Positions 27,219-32,000 of a stretch of DNA of 32,000 bases are shown here, piece by piece; position 1 is the first letter of the stretch, and each line of letters begins with the position of its first letter. The DNA comes from Microcystis aeruginosa NIES-843. Lineage in GTDB: Bacteria > Cyanobacteriota > Cyanobacteriia > Cyanobacteriales > Microcystaceae. The position numbers and the translations under genes were made by a program. The notes beneath the pieces are model-generated. The model saw only the letters and a program-made list of their open reading frames with translations. It ran no database searches and had not been told where the DNA came from. The stretch lies in the NCBI RefSeq assembly GCF_000010625.1, contig NC_010296.1, positions 1-32,000 on the forward strand. Reading direction: 5' to 3'.

Positions 27219-27545
27219 GACGATTAACCTGTAGGTACACTGGTTGTCCTGAGATTGGTAAATCTTTGACTAAATGTCGATGATTTTGGTGGAGTTTATC
27301 GCTCTCTAAGCCACAATGAGGACAGGTTGCTTTTTTATTTTTCGATTCGACTGGTCAAACTATACCGATATTTTCTAGGTGTCGATAGCCTTGAATAGAG
27401 GTTCCTTCTAGGTTCAAAAATTTGTCAAGTATCATAAGTAAAATAATCTCGTTTTTGGCTATTATATCAAATGTTAACTCGATTGTCTATCTTTTGGTAT
27501 TAACTTGTTTGTGCCTTAAGTCCTTACCTATATGGATTTCAGATA
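27219..27545 (-). mobile_element. partial ISL3-family IS copy (transposase 5-prime end plus terminal region)
   Basis: Collinear with 31674-32000 at a constant offset of 4455, with about 18 mismatches by hand alignment. The transposase start equivalent is at 27435 and has a premature TGA after 26 codons. Confidence 0.8.
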
Positions 27546-27600
27546 CTTTTGAGCGTAGGCGCTCTCATCGAATTTTATTTTAAGTTAATTATTTGCATAA

Positions 27601-27804
27601 CAATTACCGAAGAGCCAAAGAATTCAATATCAAGATTGTGGGATTCCCGAATACCGGATAGTTGATCCTCAAACTCAAACCATTTTAGTCTTAGAATTAA
27701 GAGGAGATACTTATACGGAAATTGGTAATTTTAGCAATGATGACTTAGTAAAATCCTCTATATTTGGTCAACTTAATTTAAAAGTTTCTCAAGTATTTAA
27801 TTAG
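27601..27804 (+). pseudogene. C-terminal fragment of a Uma2-family endonuclease
   Basis: The frame reads ...YQDCGIPEYRIVDPQTQTILVLELRGDTYTEIGNF...VSQVFN*, a typical Uma2 C-terminus (GIPEYWIVDP-like). There is no N-terminal part and an in-frame stop at 27598. Confidence 0.6.
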
Positions 27805-27818
27805 GCAAATTAACCCCC

Positions 27819-28397
27819 ATGATTACCGTAGAACCCATTACATTAAACTTAAAATCCGTCAATTTAAGCGATGAGCAATTTTATCAACTTTGCCATAATA
27901 ACGACGATTGGCGAATTGAACAAAATGCCGAAGGAGAATTAATCATTATGCCCCCGATTGGTGCTATTAGCGGCAACCGCAAATCAGATTTAAACGGCTT
28001 TGTTTGGTTATGGAATCGTCAAACAAAACTCGGCAAAGTCTTTAGTTCTTCCACTATATTTACCTTACCCAAGAGGGGTAAACGTTCCCCTGATGTTGCT
28101 TGGATTGCTAATGAACGCTGGGAAGCTTTACCCTTAGAAGAACAAGAAAAAATTGCGAGAATTTGTCCTGATTTTGTGATAGAATTAAGATCACGCACTG
28201 ATTCTTTAAGTCAACTACAAGCAAAAATGCAGGAATATCTTGATAGTGGCTTAAGATTGGGTTGGTTAATTGATCCCATTAGTCAACAGGTAGCCATCTA
28301 TCGCCAAAATCAGGAAGTAGAAATCGTCTCATTACCAACCACCTTATCTGGGGAGAGCGTTTTACCTGGATTTACTTTAGAATTACCCATTTTTTGA
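27819..28397 (+). CDS. Uma2 (DUF820) family endonuclease-like protein
   Basis: 192 aa with SPDVAWI and PDFVIELRS (PD...E.K-type motifs) and the usual P.F...... C-terminus. Confidence 0.8.
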   Translation: MITVEPITLNLKSVNLSDEQFYQLCHNNDDWRIEQNAEGELIIMPPIGAISGNRKSDLNGFVWLWNRQTKLGKVFSSSTIFTLPKRGKRSPDVAWIANERWEALPLEEQEKIARICPDFVIELRSRTDSLSQLQAKMQEYLDSGLRLGWLIDPISQQVAIYRQNQEVEIVSLPTTLSGESVLPGFTLELPIF

Positions 28398-28414
28398 CGA
28401 CAGGAAATACCAAG

Positions 28415-29074
28415 ATGATAGCAACTACAACGATTTCTCCTCAATTAACCATTCCACGCCTAGAAAATGGGGACAAGCTCACTCGTCGTGAATTTGAGCA
28501 TAGATATAATGCCATGCCAAATCTGAAAAAAGCAGAACTCATTGAAGGAATTGTTTATATTATGGCTTCTCCCCTCAGAATTAAGAACCATGGTGAACCC
28601 CATGCTGATATTATAGGTTGGCTAAGTGTCTATAAAGCCTTTACTCCCAATCTGCAATTAGGCGATAATTGTACGGTGCGTCTTGATGCGGACAATGAAC
28701 CTCAACCCGATGCACTATTAAGAATTAAAAATGGTGGACAATCAACGATTAGTGAGGATGGTTATGTCGAAGGTGCGCCAGAGTTAATCGTTGAAATTGC
28801 TGCGAGTACCGTCTCCCTTGACTTACATCAAAAACTTAAGGTTTATCGCCGTAACCAAGTGCAAGAATATCTAGTCTGGCGAGTTGACGATGGAGAATTT
28901 GACTGGTTTAGATTAACAAATGAAGAATATATTAAACTTGAACCGAACTCAGAAGGGATAATTTGTTCTCAGATATTCCCTGGATTATGGTTAGATAGAG
29001 ATGCTTTACTAGCTGGTGACTTAGCCAAGGTTTTAGAGGTTTTGCAATTGGGAATGGCAAGGATAAAAAATTAA
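28415..29074 (+). CDS. Uma2 (DUF820) family endonuclease-like protein
   Basis: PQPDALLRI and APELIVEIAAS motifs. ATG 28415 is preferred over TTG 28394. It is a divergent paralogue of the preceding gene. Confidence 0.8.
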   Translation: MIATTTISPQLTIPRLENGDKLTRREFEHRYNAMPNLKKAELIEGIVYIMASPLRIKNHGEPHADIIGWLSVYKAFTPNLQLGDNCTVRLDADNEPQPDALLRIKNGGQSTISEDGYVEGAPELIVEIAASTVSLDLHQKLKVYRRNQVQEYLVWRVDDGEFDWFRLTNEEYIKLEPNSEGIICSQIFPGLWLDRDALLAGDLAKVLEVLQLGMARIKN

Positions 29075-29157
29075 TCTAGTTAGAGTAATCTAAATTTAAC
29101 AAAAACTTCACACAAATTCATAAAAAAACTATTGACTCGACGACCAAAGAAGGAGTA

Positions 29158-29970
29158 ATGAAAACCGATAAAATCTTTTATACCCTATTTCAAGTCTTTC
29201 CCGAACTTCTCTTTCAACTGCTGGGGGAATCTCCGAATCTAGCGCAAAATTATCAATTCAAGTCAATCGAAATCAAAGAATTGGCTTTCCGACTCGATGG
29301 GGTATTTATTCCCGATGCTGACCACCCGGATTATCCGCTTTACTTTGTCGAAGTTCAATTTCAAAAAGACGAGGATTTTTATTGGCGATTTATGACTCAG
29401 ATCTTCCTGTATCTCAAGCAGTATAAGCCGGAACGCGCCTGCTGTCCCGTGATTCTGTGGGGAAAGCGCCGCTTGGACATTGGGTTTCCCATCGCTTACC
29501 AAAATTTGCTAAACTTAGAGCGGATACAACGAATATATCTCGATGAAGTCGAGGCTGAATCTCCTCCCTCTCTGGGGATAAGTATCCTCCAGTTTATCCT
29601 CATCAGTGGGAAAAAAGCACCCGAACAGGTTCAATCCTTGATTGAGCAAACCCGCAAACAGATTATTGACCCTAACACTCAACGAAATGTTATCGAGTTA
29701 ATCGAGAAGATTATTATCTACAAATTTCCTCAGAAAAGTCGCCAGGAGTTAGAAGCTATGTTTAATCTCACTGAATGGAAACAAACCAAGTTTTATCAAG
29801 AAGCTAAAGAAGAAGGAAAACTTGAAGGAAAACTTGAAGGAAAACTTGAAGGGAAATTGGAAACAATTCCTCTTCTGGTTAAGTTGGGACTTAACGAAGA
29901 ACAAATTGCGCGGGAATTAAATCTAAGAGTTGAGATTGTTCGTCAATTTATTGCCAATCATAACAATTAA
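29158..29970 (+). CDS. Rpn-family recombination-promoting nuclease / putative transposase (DUF2887-like N-domain + DUF4351-like C-domain)
   Basis: 270 aa. The N-terminal DKIFYTLFQ...RLDGVF...YFVEVQFQKD pattern is typical of cyanobacterial Rpn/PD-(D/E)xK transposase-like proteins. The C-terminus has an EGKL repeat and a helix-rich tail. Confidence 0.7.
   Translation: MKTDKIFYTLFQVFPELLFQLLGESPNLAQNYQFKSIEIKELAFRLDGVFIPDADHPDYPLYFVEVQFQKDEDFYWRFMTQIFLYLKQYKPERACCPVILWGKRRLDIGFPIAYQNLLNLERIQRIYLDEVEAESPPSLGISILQFILISGKKAPEQVQSLIEQTRKQIIDPNTQRNVIELIEKIIIYKFPQKSRQELEAMFNLTEWKQTKFYQEAKEEGKLEGKLEGKLEGKLETIPLLVKLGLNEEQIARELNLRVEIVRQFIANHNN
29812..29859 (+). repeat. 12-bp in-frame tandem repeat GAAGGAAAACTT (EGKL)x4
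   Basis: There are three perfect units plus one degenerate unit here. The duplicated copy at 30181-30216 has three units. Confidence 0.9.
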
Positions 29971-29976
29971 AACTTT

Positions 29977-30327
29977 TTGACTAATTTACCCGAACAGGTT
30001 CAATCCTTGATTGAGCAAACCCGCCAACAGATTATTGACCCTAACACTCAACGAAATGTTATCGAGTTAATCGAGAAGATTATTATCTACAAATTTCCTC
30101 AGAAAAGTCGCCAGGAGTTAGAAGCCATGTTTAATCTCACTGAATGGAAACAAACCAAGTTTTATCAAGAAGCTAAAGAAGAAGGAAAACTTGAAGGTAA
30201 ACTTGAAGGGAAATTGGAAACAATTCCTCTTCTGGTTAGGTTGGGACTTAACGAAGAACAAATTGCGCGGGAATTAAATCTAAAAGTTGAGATTGTTCAT
30301 CAATTTATTGCCAATCAGAACAATTAA
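29977..30327 (+). CDS. free-standing DUF4351-like protein (duplicate of the Rpn C-terminal domain)
   Basis: The ORF opens at TTG 29977. A better-supported start is the in-frame ATG 30127 with AGGAG 9 nt upstream, giving 66 aa. Whether it is expressed or a gene fragment is unknown. Confidence 0.5.
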   Translation: MTNLPEQVQSLIEQTRQQIIDPNTQRNVIELIEKIIIYKFPQKSRQELEAMFNLTEWKQTKFYQEAKEEGKLEGKLEGKLETIPLLVRLGLNEEQIARELNLKVEIVHQFIANQNN

Positions 30328-30374
30328 AACTTTTTGGCTACCAATGCGATGATCATCAATTCCCTTATCAAGGT

Positions 30375-30608
30375 TTATTTTTGCAAAATTTCTCTCTTTT
30401 TATTTATTTCAGGCTCAGGTAAAGATTCTCCTAATTTCTGATAAAGTTCCATCAGAGATTCTAGGACTTCTTCAGCATTTTTCACTGATTCAGCATAAGT
30501 ACTACCATGAGTTCGCCATTTTTGACCTGGAAAGTCGGGTAAGCCAACTAGATAACAATTGTCTTCATCAGACCACTGAATCACTATTCTATATTTAAGT
30601 TTTTTCAT
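30375..30608 (-). CDS. hicB: HicB-family antitoxin (orphan)
   Basis: Start taken at MKKLKYRIVIQWSDEDNCYLVGLPDFPG...YAESVKNAEEVL, the same fold signature as the HicB at 9801. GGAG lies upstream. No intact hicA is adjacent. Confidence 0.7.
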   Translation of the reverse strand: MKKLKYRIVIQWSDEDNCYLVGLPDFPGQKWRTHGSTYAESVKNAEEVLESLMELYQKLGESLPEPEINKKREILQK

Positions 30609-30664
30609 CTTCTTTTCTCCTGACCTCTTCAATGGCATTTTTGACTTCTGGCTCTTCGTTACCC

Positions 30665-32000
30665 TTTATGCTAAATCAACATACAAGATGCCAAGATAAC
30701 ATACTTCTAACCCAAAAATTCCGAAAGTTTCTAAAGCCATAGCCTCTCCGTTTTATTAGTTTAAGTTTATTGTTGATTCCCTCGACCACCCCATTCGTTG
30801 TCCTTCGCTCGAAATAACTAATTATTTCTCCAAACCAGTTTCGGATTGTTTGACAACTCTTGGTAAAAACACTGGAGGATTTTGCCAACCATTCCGAGAT
30901 GGATAGCATTCCCTCTGTCGGATTCTCTGAGGTTTCATAAATCTTTCTAAATTCTTCCTTTAATTCCTGCATCTTTTTCAAATTTGGGAATTTTTCTTTG
31001 ATAGCTTCTAGTTTAATTTTTTGGGGTTCCGTTAAATCTTCTTCATTTTTTAACAGGCTATATTTACTTCGCTTTAAAACTTCTAGCTTCGCTTCTTTTT
31101 CCGCTTTCTGTTTTTTATTTTTCTGCGCTTCTACGGCTCTTTTTTCTGCTCTTCTCTGTTCGTCTAACTCTTGATTAATTTGTTTCATTACATGGAATCT
31201 ATCGGCGACTACTTCGGCCGATGGCATCAATTCTTTCACCAAATTTTTATAAGGCAACCAAAGGTCTATGCTCACTTCTTCAATTTGCTCTAACACCTCT
31301 TTTCCCCAGCCCGTAAGCGTTTCTCTCAACTCTTCTTGTGTTCGCTTCTCTAGAATAGCTATTAGTTTTCCCGTATCTAAATTTACTAAAACCGCACAGT
31401 AATTTTTTTGTCCTTTGACTAGAGCGATTTCATCAATTCCTAGTCTTTTTAATTCCGATAGGTCTGGCTCTGTAATTTCTTCGGCGATGTCCTCTATCAT
31501 TCTTTGAATCTCTTCTTCCGTTACGTCATTTATTCGACTAACATTTAAAATATCTCCTTCTTTTAATTGTTCGAGTATATTTGCGGCTAGTCTTTTCGTA
31601 TAGGTTCGTTTCTTGGCGACAAAATCTAACTCTTCGCTCAAGGGTCTCTGACAATTATCGCACTTAAATTGACGACGATTAATTTGTAGGTATACTGGTT
31701 GACCTGAGATTGGTAAATCTTTGACTAAATGTCGATGATTTTGGTGGAGTTTATCGCTCTCTAACCCACAACGAGGACAGGTTGCTTTTTGATTTTTCGA
31801 TTCGATTCGGCAAACTATACCGATATTTTCTAGGTGTAGATAGCCTTGAATACAGGTTCCTTTTAGGTTCAAAAATTTGTCAAGTATCATAAGTAAAATA
31901 ATCTCGTTTTTGGCTATTATATCAAATCTTAACTCAATTGTCTATCTTTTGGTATTAACCTGTTTGTGCCTTAAGTCCTTCCCTGTATGGATTTCAGCTA
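30665..32000 (-). mobile_element. ISL3-family insertion sequence (right end at or beyond the window edge)
   Basis: Single transposase ORF. Left-end sequence TATGCTAAATCAACATACAAG resembles the reverse complement of 31976-32000 (TAGCTGAAATCCATACAGG), giving candidate IRs. Boundaries are approximate. Confidence 0.8.
30676..31890 (-). CDS. ISL3-family transposase
   Basis: 404 aa with an N-terminal zinc finger (CPRCG...CDNCQ). The C-terminal NGVVEGINNKLKLIKRRGYGFRNFRNF is the hallmark of ISL3 DDE transposases. Confidence 0.9.
   Translation of the reverse strand: MILDKFLNLKGTCIQGYLHLENIGIVCRIESKNQKATCPRCGLESDKLHQNHRHLVKDLPISGQPVYLQINRRQFKCDNCQRPLSEELDFVAKKRTYTKRLAANILEQLKEGDILNVSRINDVTEEEIQRMIEDIAEEITEPDLSELKRLGIDEIALVKGQKNYCAVLVNLDTGKLIAILEKRTQEELRETLTGWGKEVLEQIEEVSIDLWLPYKNLVKELMPSAEVVADRFHVMKQINQELDEQRRAEKRAVEAQKNKKQKAEKEAKLEVLKRSKYSLLKNEEDLTEPQKIKLEAIKEKFPNLKKMQELKEEFRKIYETSENPTEGMLSISEWLAKSSSVFTKSCQTIRNWFGEIISYFERRTTNGVVEGINNKLKLIKRRGYGFRNFRNFWVRSMLSWHLVC

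Larger units (their letters stand above)
29619..30337. repeat. tandem duplication of the Rpn gene 3-prime third
   Basis: 29619-29979 and 29988-30337 are near-identical: about 7 substitutions and one 12-bp unit fewer by hand alignment. They are separated by 8 nt. Confidence 0.9.

Noticed and set aside
27546-27600. Assigning this stretch either to the IS terminus or to the disrupted Uma2 gene
   Set aside because: The full IS copy runs off the window at the equivalent position, so the true IS end cannot be seen. An in-frame stop at 27598 prevents extending the Uma2 fragment.

Overview
The window looks like cyanobacterial chromosome, probably Microcystis-like. This is inferred, not verified, from at least 12 perfect HIP1 (GCGATCGC) sites, abundant heptamer tandem repeats, palindromic dispersed repeats and the gene content. 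About 80% is ordinary core metabolism and housekeeping: sds, a 2Fe-2S ferredoxin-like gene, cimA, a TPR protein, purE, a bioB-bioY-lspA overlapping operon, rfbC-rfbD-rfbA, leuB, uvrC, a low-molecular-weight tyrosine phosphatase, a NarL-type response regulator, a natC/natA-like LivM/LivG ABC pair and hisH. Accessory material sits in three places. (i) 5.9-10.3 kb holds a Uma2 nuclease, an orphan fatty acyl-AMP ligase, a translationally coupled small-ORF/HNH pair and a HicAB module. (ii) 18.97-19.26 kb holds an antitoxin-like gene with a truncated PIN toxin abutting uvrC. (iii) 26.7-32.0 kb is a mosaic island that starts at a tRNA 3-prime fragment. The island contains a P-loop ATPase truncated at an internal IS breakpoint, a partial and a full ISL3-family IS in direct orientation, 2.3 tandem Uma2 nuclease genes and an orphan HicB. 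It also contains an Rpn-family nuclease followed by a near-identical free-standing copy of its own C-terminal domain. The best candidate for something undescribed is this Rpn plus duplicated C-terminal-domain arrangement (possibly RpnL/RpnS-like) embedded in the Uma2 nuclease array. Other structural points are two inverted MITE copies bracketing leuB-orf86 (one ends 9 nt before the uvrC ATG), inverted heptamer arrays in intergenic regions, and an 86-bp tandem duplication of the hisH 5-prime end. All family assignments rest on motif recognition by eye; no searches were run.
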